Shown: piece after piece, positions 51,370 through 61,278 of the stretch
How the letters are laid out: every line of letters starts with the position of its first letter
How positions within the stretch are numbered: position 1 is the stretch's first letter
Source: Sediminibacterium sp.
Lineage (GTDB): Bacteria; Bacteroidota; Bacteroidia; Chitinophagales; Chitinophagaceae
Length of the DNA: 64,000 bases
NCBI GenBank assembly: GCA_965284095.1
Contig: CBDIRC010000002.1
Span: forward strand, 55,411 to 119,410
Reading direction: 5' to 3'
The notes under the pieces: generated by a model
Database searches by the model: none
What the model was told of the DNA's origin: nothing
What the model saw: the letters and a program-made list of their open reading frames with translations, nothing else
Made by a program: the position numbers and the translations under genes

Positions 51370-51822
51370 ATGAGCATAGAAAAAGATATTCAACAACAGA
51401 AATTCAGAAATAGCTATCAAAAAGCTGCTGTGAATATTTTATTTTCTGCCAATTGGCTCAACGAAAAAATCAAGGCTTTTTTACAGGAGGAGGGTATTAC
51501 TCCTCAACAATACAATATACTTCGCATTCTTAAAGGCAGTAAAAAACCACTCAGCACTTTACAAATTAGAGCACTTATGCTCGATAAAATGAGCGATACC
51601 AGCAGAATTGTAGACCGATTATTGATAAAAGGGTTGGTAGAGAAGAAAATATCTTGCACCGATAAGCGTTTGGTAGATGTAAATATTGCCAAAAAAGGAA
51701 TTCAACTTATTGAACGACTAGATCTACAAAACGAAAACCTGGATGGCATTCTACAGCAATTAAATGAAGAGGAAGTGATTTTACTCAATGAATTATTGGA
51801 TAAAATGCGCTTTAAAGATTGA
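51370..51822 (+). CDS. MarR-family transcriptional regulator
   Basis: 150 aa. wHTH ITPQQYNILRILKG...DTSRIVDRLLIKGLVEK...DKRLV. Confidence 0.8.
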   Translation: MSIEKDIQQQKFRNSYQKAAVNILFSANWLNEKIKAFLQEEGITPQQYNILRILKGSKKPLSTLQIRALMLDKMSDTSRIVDRLLIKGLVEKKISCTDKRLVDVNIAKKGIQLIERLDLQNENLDGILQQLNEEEVILLNELLDKMRFKD

Positions 51823-51840
51823 TTTAAAATATTTTGAATA

Positions 51841-53322
51841 ATGAAAAACCAGATGAAATACTTTTTTGCAGTTTTGTTATCAGTAATCATGTATTCGGCG
51901 AATGCTCAACAATCACCTAATTATGAGTTTAGGGGTGTATGGGTAGCTAGTGTAGAAAACATTGATTGGCCAAGTAAGAAGGGGTTATCGGTAACTCAAC
52001 AAAAAGAAGAATATATACGCTTGCTCGATATGCATCAGGCCAATGGTATGAATGCTATGGTTGTTCAAATTCGTCCGGCAGGTGATGCTTTTTATCCTTC
52101 ACAATACGAGCCTTGGAGTGAATATTTAACAGGGAAACAGGGCTTACCCCCAACCCCATATTACGATCCTTTAGAATTCATGATAACCGAAACACATAAA
52201 CGTGGTATGGAATTTCATGCTTGGGTTAACCCTTATAGAGCTGTTTTCAATATTTTAAAATCATCTGTTTCCCCTACACATGTTACCAAACTTCACCCAG
52301 AGTGGTTTGTAGTATATGGAGACAAAAAATATTTTAATCCTGGACTTCCAGAAGTTCGTGAACATACTGTTCGTGTAATTAAAGATATAGTTGCCAGATA
52401 CGACGTAGATGCCATTCATATGGACGATTATTTTTATCCATACAGAATTGCTGGTAAAGAATTTCCTGATCAAAAATCATTTGAGCAATTTGGCGGAAAA
52501 CTCAATAAGGATGATTGGAGAAGAAGTAACTGCGATAGCATCATCGTTCAATTATATAGAACTATCAGAGCAACCAATCCAAGAGTAAAGTTTGGAATCA
52601 GTCCTTTTGGTGTATGGCGCAATAAAAGCCAAGATCCGATGGGAAGTGATACAAAAGCAGGTCAGACCAATTACGACGATTTATATGCCGATATATTATT
52701 GTGGCTAGATAAGGGTTGGATTGATTATGTAACTCCTCAATTGTATTGGGAGAGAGGTCATAAATTGGCAGAATTTGATGTGCTATTAAAATGGTGGAAC
52801 GATAATGGATATGGTAAACATATATATATAGGTCAGGGAATTTATAGAGCAGGAAGTAATGATGCATGGAAAAATAAAAATGAATTGCCCAATCAAATTC
52901 AGGAATTGAGAAAATATAAAACTACACAGGGAAGTATTTATTTCAGCAGCAAAACTTTTGAGAAAAACCCTAACGGTTGGAATGATAGTTTGAGAAATAA
53001 CTACTATCATTATCCAGCTTTGGTTCCTCCAATGCCTTGGATCAATAATGATGCTCCTGATCAACCAACCATAGTTAAAAAGTCTTCTACTGAATTTCAA
53101 CTTAGTTATGTAGGCAATTTAGCTTTGAAAGGTTTCGGTGTATTCATGGTTCCCAACAATAAAGAAGTAAAATTTGTAAATGGTCAATTAGTACAACTGT
53201 TGGTTACCGACAAAAATATTTTATTGGACCTAGAGAAAGTTCCGGAAACTAAGGGAATGAAAATATGTGTTGCTACAATTGATATAAACAATAATGTGAG
53301 TGCACTTAAGCTTTTACAATAA
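51841..53322 (+). CDS. Glycoside-hydrolase-like GHL10 (DUF187, YngK-like) secreted protein
   Basis: Signal peptide. FRGVWVASVENIDWPS start of the TIM-barrel. HAWVNPYR and DDYFYP blocks. Confidence 0.7.
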   Translation: MKNQMKYFFAVLLSVIMYSANAQQSPNYEFRGVWVASVENIDWPSKKGLSVTQQKEEYIRLLDMHQANGMNAMVVQIRPAGDAFYPSQYEPWSEYLTGKQGLPPTPYYDPLEFMITETHKRGMEFHAWVNPYRAVFNILKSSVSPTHVTKLHPEWFVVYGDKKYFNPGLPEVREHTVRVIKDIVARYDVDAIHMDDYFYPYRIAGKEFPDQKSFEQFGGKLNKDDWRRSNCDSIIVQLYRTIRATNPRVKFGISPFGVWRNKSQDPMGSDTKAGQTNYDDLYADILLWLDKGWIDYVTPQLYWERGHKLAEFDVLLKWWNDNGYGKHIYIGQGIYRAGSNDAWKNKNELPNQIQELRKYKTTQGSIYFSSKTFEKNPNGWNDSLRNNYYHYPALVPPMPWINNDAPDQPTIVKKSSTEFQLSYVGNLALKGFGVFMVPNNKEVKFVNGQLVQLLVTDKNILLDLEKVPETKGMKICVATIDINNNVSALKLLQ

Positions 53323-54451
53323 TATTAAGTCTGAATTTAAGTATTTCATAATACTTTTCTTTTCTTTCTTCATTTGTTTGACTGCTAATTCACAAGTCGT
53401 TAATACTGGAATTAACGACACTGCAGCAGAAAAAAGTTTGAAAAAATTCAATGTGTCGGTATATGTTGATGCTTATTGGGGAACTGATTTTCAAAATAAA
53501 AGCAATGCCGATATCCCCTATTTGGTTTCAATGAATAAAATCAATCAACCTAATATAAATTTGGCAATGATTGATTTTAGGTATCAAAGCAAAAACTTAC
53601 GAGTAAAATTGTTACCTGGATTCGGCACTTATATGAAAGCAAATTACAGTAACGAAACTGGTATAGCACAATATTTAGTAGAAGCTAATGCAGGAATTTT
53701 ACTTTCTAAAAAAAGATCTATTTGGCTAGACGCAGGAATATTAAGTTCTCCATATACCAATGAGAGCGCCATTAGCAAAGACCAGCTTTTATATACAAGA
53801 GCTATGGGTCCAGAATATTCACCTTATTATTTAACAGGCTTTAAAGCAAGTATACCTATACATAAAAAAATAAATCTCTATTTGTATTTGATTAATGGAT
53901 GGCAAGAAATAAAAAGGCAGGGCAATAGTTTAGCCTTTGGAACACAAGTTGAATATAGACCTAATGATAAAAATTTATTCAACTGGAACACTTATTTAGG
54001 TAACGAATCTTCTTCTATTACGCCCAATTATCGTAATCGATATTTTACAGATTTTTATTGGCTACATAATCCAAATAAAAAAATGTCAATTGCATTAAGT
54101 GCGTATTGGGGAATTCAGGAAAAAATAATTGCAAACGGAAATAGGGTGTCCAATAATTGGGGGCAAATGAATGTATCAATGTCTTATCAGTTTGCAAAAA
54201 AATGGTCTGTTTCTGGAAGAGTAGAGCGTTTTATAGACCCAAATTCTGTGATGGTTAATCCTATAACTCCTACAAATGGATTTACTACGAATAGTTTTAG
54301 CACTTGTTTAAATCTTTCTATTAATGCACATATTTTATGGCGTACAGAATGCAGGATATTTAGTAGCGCTAATCATCTTTATTTAAATCAGCAAAACATT
54401 CCAACCAATCAATTGATCTGGGGCATTAGCAGTATAGCGATTCGATTTTAA
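53300..54451 (+). CDS. Outer-membrane beta-barrel porin-like protein (OmpL/bbp2-like)
   Basis: Signal-like FFSFFICLTANSQ, alternating beta-strand pattern and terminal aromatic ...IAIRF. The start overlaps the preceding gene by 23 nt (start uncertain). Confidence 0.45.
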   Translation: MHLSFYNNIKSEFKYFIILFFSFFICLTANSQVVNTGINDTAAEKSLKKFNVSVYVDAYWGTDFQNKSNADIPYLVSMNKINQPNINLAMIDFRYQSKNLRVKLLPGFGTYMKANYSNETGIAQYLVEANAGILLSKKRSIWLDAGILSSPYTNESAISKDQLLYTRAMGPEYSPYYLTGFKASIPIHKKINLYLYLINGWQEIKRQGNSLAFGTQVEYRPNDKNLFNWNTYLGNESSSITPNYRNRYFTDFYWLHNPNKKMSIALSAYWGIQEKIIANGNRVSNNWGQMNVSMSYQFAKKWSVSGRVERFIDPNSVMVNPITPTNGFTTNSFSTCLNLSINAHILWRTECRIFSSANHLYLNQQNIPTNQLIWGISSIAIRF

Positions 54452-54945
54452 CCAAAAACGACTTCATTCTGCGCACCTGGCCATTTTCCAAATTTATCAT
54501 CCACGGCTTTGTATCGATAATTAAAAATGCCTTTTAGTTGAGATTTAACCATGATGGTATTAGCAATATCCCCCAGGAACCAAAGAGGTAATTTATAATG
54601 TACAATATCGGTCATTTCTACACCGCCTTCAATGGCTTTGAAATGATGCTGGTGGTGCCACATGCTGTAAGGACCATAGCGTTGTTCATCCACAAAATAT
54701 TGTTGTTCGCTAACATGGGTGATTTCGGTCATCCAATACAATGGAATTCCGGCTATTGGACGAACGGTGTATTCGATGATTTGACCGGGATACATGGCTG
54801 ACCCGTGATGTTTACTAATAATGTTAAATCCCAAGTTATCTGGAGTGATTTCTTTTAAATTATCGGGTTTACTAAAAAAATCCCAGGCTTTTACCAAGGA
54901 AATGGGGATTTTTTGGACGGTTTTGATATTGTATACTTTCGACAT
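54448..54945 (-). CDS. SRPBCC (START/Bet v1-like) ligand-binding family protein
   Basis: 165 aa. N-terminal IPISLVKAWDFFSKPDNLKEITP pattern. Confidence 0.55.
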   Translation of the reverse strand: MSKVYNIKTVQKIPISLVKAWDFFSKPDNLKEITPDNLGFNIISKHHGSAMYPGQIIEYTVRPIAGIPLYWMTEITHVSEQQYFVDEQRYGPYSMWHHQHHFKAIEGGVEMTDIVHYKLPLWFLGDIANTIMVKSQLKGIFNYRYKAVDDKFGKWPGAQNEVVFG

Positions 54946-55005
54946 AATAATGCTATTGATTAAATAACAGTTTTAAAGTAATAAGGTTCATGGTATCTTT
55001 ATTGT

Positions 55006-58000
55006 ATGGCAACAAAGCAAGAACAGCTGGTACATTTTCAACGAATTTATGAGTCGTTGAATGAAACACAGAAAAAAGCGGTAGATAGTTTGGAAGGGCC
55101 TGTTATGGTTATTGCAGGACCAGGTACAGGCAAAACCCAGATCTTGAGTGCAAGAATTGGTAAAATATTACTCGATACCGATACAAGACCCGAAAATATC
55201 CTCTGTTTAACTTATACCGATGCTGGCGTTATGGCTATGCGCAAACGACTTCTCGGATTTATTGGACCAGATGCATACAAAGTGAATATTTATACTTTTC
55301 ATGCTTTCTGTAATGATATCATTCAAGACAATCTGTCTTTATTTGAAAAAACAGCTTTAGACCCAATTTCAGAATTAGAAAGCATTGAACTCTTTAAAGA
55401 TTTAATCGATTCATTCCCAAAAAATCATCCGCTCAAAAGATATAGAGGTGATGTGTATTTTGAAATCAATAATTTAAAGCAGCTTTTCAGTAATATGAAA
55501 AGAGAAGGATGGGCTAGCACAGCAATCACAAATGCCATTGATACTTATATTGCCGATCTTCCTTTAAGAGACGAATACGTATATCAAAAAGCATATAAAC
55601 AATTTAAAAAGGGTGATTTAAAGCAAAATAAAATTGATGAAGAAATTGAGAAAATGGAAAAACTGCGTGCAGCAGTAAATGAGTTTGATCGTTTTCAGGA
55701 AATGATGCAGCAAAGAAATCGATACGATTTTGATGACATGATCAATTGGGTACTCCGTGCTTTTAAGGAAAATAAATTATTACTTGCAAGGTATCAGGAG
55801 CAGTTTCAATATATTTTGGTGGACGAATACCAAGATACCAGTGGAACCCAAAATAGTTTAGTTGAATTATTGACAGGGTTTTGGGATGTGCCGAATATTT
55901 TTGTTGTGGGAGATGATGATCAAAGTATTTATCGTTTTCAAGGAGCGAATATTGAAAACATGGAACAGTTCGCAGGAAAATATGCTGCATCCCTTCTTAC
56001 CATTGTGCTTTCTAATAATTACCGATCAACTCAACCTATTTTGGATGTATCTAAAACATTGATTGATCGCAATGATGAACGTTTAGTAAAGAAGATAGAA
56101 GGACTTACTAAAGATTTATTAGCATCCAATATAAAAATAAATACAATTACTACTCCTCCATTATTGCGGGAATACGAAAGTCAGCAACAGGAAATGATTC
56201 ATCTGACTACCGAAGTAACGGAGTTACTCAAAAAAGGTATTGAGCCAGGTAAAATTGCTATCATTTATAAAGAGAATAAATATGGAGAGGAATTAAGTCA
56301 ATATTTTAAACAAAAGAATATTCCAGTTTACAGCAAACGCAACTTGAATATTTTGCAATTGCCGATTGCGCAGAAAATAATATTGATTTTAAAATATCTT
56401 GCGGCAGAACACGATATTCCTTATGGTGGAGATGAAATGTTATTTGAGATAATGCATTTTGATTGGTTTGGAATTCCTTCTATTGAAATTGCCAAAATGA
56501 GTTCGGCAGTTGCCGATAAAAGATTTGGGGAAGATAAAATATCGCTTCGAAAATTCGTATTCAATAATGCCAATCTTCCTCCCAGAGACTTGTTTTCAGT
56601 ACCAGTTAGCGGCTTAAAAGAATTGAGTAATGCATTGGAACAATTAATTACTGATGTATCCAACGAAACATTGCAAACACTATTTGAAAATGTAATTCAA
56701 AAAGCAGGTGTATTAAGCTATATTATGCAACACCAGGAAAAACATTGGCTGCTGCAAATATTAACTGGTCTGTTTAATTTTATTAAAGAAGAAACCCGAA
56801 GAAAACCAAGTCTCAGTTTACAGGAATTGGTTACTGTTATCGAGCTAATGGAAAAAGAATCCATTAGTTTACCATTGGTTCAAGTCAGTGGAAATGATAA
56901 AGGAGTGAATTTGCTTACAGCGCATGGTTCAAAAGGTTTGGAATTTGAATATGTATTTATTGTTGGAGCAAATGCAGCATTTTGGGAAAAGAAAAGAAAA
57001 CCAGGTGGCGGTTATTCCATGCCTGATACACTATTTAGTTCTCAGCCTAATTCAACAGACCAAGAAGAATTAAGAAGGTTGTTTTATGTTGCCATAACAA
57101 GGGCAGAAAAACAATTAGCTATTTCGTATAGTAATTTTAAAAATGATGGGAAGGCATTGGAGCCATCTATGTTTATTGCCGAAATTCAGGAACAACATCA
57201 TTTAAAAGTTGAACAAATAAAAATACCGGTTGAAACAATTAGTGAATTCAGTGCATTGGCTTTTGAGAAAGTATTGCAGCCTGAAATAGAAAAAGTAGAA
57301 GCTGAATTCATCAATAGAATACTCGATAAATTTGTGATGAATGTAACTGCTTTGAATAACTATTTAAAATGTCCTTTGCAGTTTTATTTCAATAATCTGG
57401 TCAGAGTTCCATCAGGTAAATCTGAATCAACAGAATTTGGTTCTGCGGTACACTTTGCATTACAAAAGTTGTTTCAACAAATGCAGGAAAAAGAAGTATT
57501 TCCTGATTTAAAGGTTTTTATTGGAGACTTTGAATGGTATATGCGCAGACATAGAGAAAATTTTACAAAAGAACAGTTTGCCAGAAGAATGGAATACGGC
57601 CAGGAAGTGCTTAAAAATTATTACAACGCTTACTTGAACGAATGGAATAAAATAGTGGTAATTGAAAGAACCATTAAAAATGTGGTGGTGAATGGAGTGC
57701 CATTGAAAGGAAAATTAGATAAAATTGAATTCAATGGAAAAACAGTCAATGTTGTTGATTATAAAACAGGAGATATTGAAAAAGCAAAAGATAAATTATT
57801 GCCTCCTAATGACAAGTACCCAAATGGCGGTGATTATTGGCGACAAGCGGTTTTTTATAAAATTCTTGTAGACAACTATGATCAAAAGAATTGGCAGGTA
57901 GTGAGTAGTGAATTCGATTTTATAGAACCCGATAAGAAAAAAGAATATCGAAAAATCAAATTGGTGATTTCGCCGGAAGATATTGCAACCGTTACACATC

Positions 58001-58155
58001 AAATTAGTGAAGTATGGGGGAAAATTCAAGCCAAAGAATTTTATACAGGTTGCGGAAAACCGGATTGTCATTGGTGCAGCTTTGTTAAAACCAATGAATT
58101 GGCAATTGCTTTGCACGAATTGGATGAGGAGGGAGAAAATCTTGAATTGAATTAA
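55006..58155 (+). CDS. UvrD/Rep-type SF1 helicase fused to a C-terminal PD-(D/E)XK Fe-S nuclease (AddA/RecB-like)
   Basis: Walker A AGPGTGKT and motif II VDEYQD. C-terminal nuclease motifs LDKIEF, VVDYKTG and RQAVFY, plus four Cys (CPLQFY ... CGKPDCHWC). Confidence 0.85.
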   Translation: MATKQEQLVHFQRIYESLNETQKKAVDSLEGPVMVIAGPGTGKTQILSARIGKILLDTDTRPENILCLTYTDAGVMAMRKRLLGFIGPDAYKVNIYTFHAFCNDIIQDNLSLFEKTALDPISELESIELFKDLIDSFPKNHPLKRYRGDVYFEINNLKQLFSNMKREGWASTAITNAIDTYIADLPLRDEYVYQKAYKQFKKGDLKQNKIDEEIEKMEKLRAAVNEFDRFQEMMQQRNRYDFDDMINWVLRAFKENKLLLARYQEQFQYILVDEYQDTSGTQNSLVELLTGFWDVPNIFVVGDDDQSIYRFQGANIENMEQFAGKYAASLLTIVLSNNYRSTQPILDVSKTLIDRNDERLVKKIEGLTKDLLASNIKINTITTPPLLREYESQQQEMIHLTTEVTELLKKGIEPGKIAIIYKENKYGEELSQYFKQKNIPVYSKRNLNILQLPIAQKIILILKYLAAEHDIPYGGDEMLFEIMHFDWFGIPSIEIAKMSSAVADKRFGEDKISLRKFVFNNANLPPRDLFSVPVSGLKELSNALEQLITDVSNETLQTLFENVIQKAGVLSYIMQHQEKHWLLQILTGLFNFIKEETRRKPSLSLQELVTVIELMEKESISLPLVQVSGNDKGVNLLTAHGSKGLEFEYVFIVGANAAFWEKKRKPGGGYSMPDTLFSSQPNSTDQEELRRLFYVAITRAEKQLAISYSNFKNDGKALEPSMFIAEIQEQHHLKVEQIKIPVETISEFSALAFEKVLQPEIEKVEAEFINRILDKFVMNVTALNNYLKCPLQFYFNNLVRVPSGKSESTEFGSAVHFALQKLFQQMQEKEVFPDLKVFIGDFEWYMRRHRENFTKEQFARRMEYGQEVLKNYYNAYLNEWNKIVVIERTIKNVVVNGVPLKGKLDKIEFNGKTVNVVDYKTGDIEKAKDKLLPPNDKYPNGGDYWRQAVFYKILVDNYDQKNWQVVSSEFDFIEPDKKKEYRKIKLVISPEDIATVTHQISEVWGKIQAKEFYTGCGKPDCHWCSFVKTNELAIALHELDEEGENLELN

Positions 58156-58166
58156 TTGAAAGAATT

Positions 58167-59606
58167 ATGTTTGCATTATCTATGTTTGAATCTTCTATAC
58201 TTAAATTGCGCTCTCCATTCACTAAAATACTAGGCTTTGCTTTATGTTGTATTATTTGCATGTATATGAGCTCTTGTGCAAATATTATTCCACCAAGCGG
58301 AGGAGCAAGAGATAGCTTGCCACCCAATCTCATATCGGCTTTACCTAAAGATTCAGCAGTTAATGTAAATCCAAAATTGATCACACTCAATTTTAATGAA
58401 TATATAACCCTTCAAAACGTAAATGAAAACCTAATTGTATCTCCTACAATTAAAAACAATCCAATCATTGATTATAAATTAAGGTCGGTTACTATAAAAT
58501 TAAAAGATTCATTAGATCCGAACACAACTTATTCACTTCATTTTGGAGAAGCCATTAGGGATGTGAATGAAGGAAATATTTTAAGAAATTTTGCATACGT
58601 ATTTTCAACCGGAAAAACCATTGATGACTTCACTTATAAAGGAAAAGTTTTCTTAGCAGAAAAAGGTAAAATTGACACCACACTCATTGTGATATTGCAC
58701 AATAACCTGAATGATTCTGCCATTGTAAAAGAGAGACCACGTTATTATACAAGAATCAATGGAAAGGGTGAGTTTAGTTTCTCCAATTTATCAGCTGGTA
58801 CTTTCAGGGTCTATGTATTACCCAATGATTATTCGAGAAAATATGACGATAGCACTAAGATGTTTGCTTATAAATCGGAGAATTTGGTGATTAGTAAAAA
58901 CACGCCTTTTGATACTTTATATGCTTTTGAAGCATATAAAAGAGTAGAAAAAATTTCAAGGGCAGTAGAAACCAGTTCCAAAAATCCAAAAGAAGACAAA
59001 AGATTAAAATTTGGTGCTGACTTTGAGGGCGGCCAACAGGATTTATTAAGCAACTTAAATTTAAGTTTCAATAGAAAACTTCAATCAGTTGATTCCAGTA
59101 AAATCGCTTTTTGTGATAGTAATTATCAGCCAATAAAAGGTTATAGAATTGTATTAGATACGAGCAAAACAAAAATTAGTTTTGTTTATCCTTGGAAAGA
59201 ATTGAGTTCTTTTAGAATTGTCATTTCAAAAGATGCCATTATAGATACCGGAGGTATTTCTTTACCAAAAACAGATACCCTACGCTTTATTACCAAGAAA
59301 GAAGCTGATTATGGCAGTATAAAATTAAGATTCGTTAATTTAAATTTGGCTAAGCATCCTGTTTTACAAGTTGTACAATCGGATAATATTGTTGAGTCTA
59401 TTCCACTTACTTCTTTTGAATTAAACCGGAAACTGTTTAAGCCCGGAAATTATGATTTAAGAATCTTATACGATACTAATCAAAATGGAATTTGGGATAC
59501 TGGGTCATTCGGAAAAATCAATAAACAACCAGAAATTGTAAAACTTATTTCAAAAGTGTTTACAGTAAGGGGTAATTGGGATAACGAAGTAACTATCACA
59601 CTCTAA
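58167..59606 (+). CDS. Ig-like-domain lipoprotein
   Basis: Lipobox YMSSC followed by PPSGGARDSLPP... and an SbsA_Ig-like N-terminal domain pattern. 12 nt after the helicase gene. Confidence 0.5.
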   Translation: MFALSMFESSILKLRSPFTKILGFALCCIICMYMSSCANIIPPSGGARDSLPPNLISALPKDSAVNVNPKLITLNFNEYITLQNVNENLIVSPTIKNNPIIDYKLRSVTIKLKDSLDPNTTYSLHFGEAIRDVNEGNILRNFAYVFSTGKTIDDFTYKGKVFLAEKGKIDTTLIVILHNNLNDSAIVKERPRYYTRINGKGEFSFSNLSAGTFRVYVLPNDYSRKYDDSTKMFAYKSENLVISKNTPFDTLYAFEAYKRVEKISRAVETSSKNPKEDKRLKFGADFEGGQQDLLSNLNLSFNRKLQSVDSSKIAFCDSNYQPIKGYRIVLDTSKTKISFVYPWKELSSFRIVISKDAIIDTGGISLPKTDTLRFITKKEADYGSIKLRFVNLNLAKHPVLQVVQSDNIVESIPLTSFELNRKLFKPGNYDLRILYDTNQNGIWDTGSFGKINKQPEIVKLISKVFTVRGNWDNEVTITL

Positions 59607-59617
59607 CTTATGTTTAT

Positions 59618-60466
59618 TCAATAGTTATAAAAACCTTTGCCGGTTTTCTTTCCTAATTGTCCATTTGCTACTTTTTCTTTTTGCAGCGGAGATGGCGTTA
59701 AACGCTGGGGCTTACCCAATGCTTCCCAGACTATATTACTTACACTGAAATTAATGTCCATACCAATTAAGTCCATTAGCTTAAATGGTCCCATTTTAAA
59801 TCCTGCAGCTTCCATCATTGCATCCACTGATTCAATATCTATTAATCCATTACTCACCATTTCCATCGCTTCGAGGTAGTAATGGCGGGCTACTCTATTT
59901 ACGATAAAGCCAGGGGAATCTGTACAAAGCACCGGTACTTTCCCCATAGTTTTTGTTAGATTCATCAGCAATTCTATCGCTTCTGGAGAACTGTATTTGC
60001 CAGCTATTACCTCTACTAATTTCATTATGGGAGCTGGGTTAAAAAAATGCATGCCCACCAACATAGATGGTTGAACTAATCCAGCAGCAATTGCATCGAT
60101 ACTTATAGACGAAGTGTTGGTAGCTAAAATAGTGGATGGTTCATTAATAGCGGCTAATTGTTTAAACAATTCAATTTTGACTTCTATTTTTTCAATAACT
60201 GCTTCTATTATTAGATCTGCCTTGCAATCTTCTATAGCTGAAGTAAAATGTAGCAAGCCAAGCATTTGAGTTTTTTGGTCTTCGGTTAATTTACCTTTCT
60301 CCACCAATCGGTACATTTGTGACTGAATCGTTTCCTTACTTTTTGCCAAAGCAGATTCATTCAAATCGAATTGAATGGTTTTCAAGCCTGCCTGAATAGC
60401 TACTTGTGCTATTCCGCTTCCCATGGTTCCAGCACCACAAACAACTATAGATTGAATTGATTTCAT
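59618..60466 (-). CDS. 3-hydroxyacyl-CoA (3-hydroxybutyryl-CoA) dehydrogenase
   Basis: VVCGAGTMGSGIA Rossmann motif, NTSS and PGFIVNR blocks. Could serve as PaaH, but lies 32 kb from the paa block. Confidence 0.85.
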   Translation of the reverse strand: MKSIQSIVVCGAGTMGSGIAQVAIQAGLKTIQFDLNESALAKSKETIQSQMYRLVEKGKLTEDQKTQMLGLLHFTSAIEDCKADLIIEAVIEKIEVKIELFKQLAAINEPSTILATNTSSISIDAIAAGLVQPSMLVGMHFFNPAPIMKLVEVIAGKYSSPEAIELLMNLTKTMGKVPVLCTDSPGFIVNRVARHYYLEAMEMVSNGLIDIESVDAMMEAAGFKMGPFKLMDLIGMDINFSVSNIVWEALGKPQRLTPSPLQKEKVANGQLGKKTGKGFYNY

Positions 60467-60553
60467 AATGTTTGAATTGGCAAGATACTTACATCTTATC
60501 CACTCGAGCTATTTTTAGGTGCGCCGACAAAAAAATCGTGCTAATTTTAATAT

Positions 60554-61237
60554 ATGGCAAAATTAATACAACAATTGGATCTTTTTGGGATGCCTATGGA
60601 AAATCCCGCACCAGCAAAAAAATCCAAACAGCCTGCAAAAAACAATGCTAGTTCTCCAAGTACTATTGTTGAGCCAGTTCAGACTGCTGATTCCGCTGCA
60701 ATTGCCAATGATATTACGAATAGAGATGCTGCTACTATTGCCGATACCGCTTCTCCAGTTGTATATTCAAACGAACAGATTATTGTAAAAATAAAAGCTG
60801 CTCCGTCTCCTAAAGAAAGCATTAAACCTGAAAATAAAAGAGGTAGAAAGTCATTCAAAGAAATCAATGCAACAGTAGATTTAATTGATGTGCCTGATGA
60901 TGAAACACTTCAAAAGAAATTATATTATTCAATCAGCGAAGTGGCTTCTTGGTTTAAAGTAAATACCTCTTTACTTAGATACTGGGAAAATGAATTTGAT
61001 ATTTTACAGCCCAGAAAAACCCGCAAAGGAGACCGCCTTTTTAGAGCAGAGGATATTAAAAATTTAGAGTTGATATATTTTTTATTGCGCCAACGTAAAT
61101 TTTCTATAGAAGGCGCAAAAAGCTATTTGAAAAACAATAAAGGTAAGATTGATACAGAAACTCAATTGGTGCAGGTATTAACCAGCTTCAAAGGTTTTTT
61201 ATTGGAGTTAAAATCTTCACTAGATTCCAAAAATTAA
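60554..61237 (+). CDS. MerR-family regulator with a long low-complexity N-terminal extension
   Basis: HTH YYSISEVASWFKVNTSLLRYWENEF...R.FRAEDI in the C-terminal half. The N-terminal ~110 aa is Ala/Pro/Ser-rich. Confidence 0.7.
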   Translation: MAKLIQQLDLFGMPMENPAPAKKSKQPAKNNASSPSTIVEPVQTADSAAIANDITNRDAATIADTASPVVYSNEQIIVKIKAAPSPKESIKPENKRGRKSFKEINATVDLIDVPDDETLQKKLYYSISEVASWFKVNTSLLRYWENEFDILQPRKTRKGDRLFRAEDIKNLELIYFLLRQRKFSIEGAKSYLKNNKGKIDTETQLVQVLTSFKGFLLELKSSLDSKN

Positions 61238-61250
61238 GCCCCTTTCCCTC

Positions 61251-61278
61251 AATAACCAATAACCAATAACTAATAACT
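61251..61278. repeat. AATAAC-core heptamer array
   Basis: aataacc aataacc aataact aataact. The array supplies the stop and last two codons of the minus-strand mscS-like gene. Confidence 0.8.

Noticed and set aside
55006-58155. Helicase-nuclease as an anti-phage module
   Set aside because: There are no partner ATPase, methylase or toxin genes and no mobile-element context. The motif set matches recombination-repair AddA/RecB-type enzymes.
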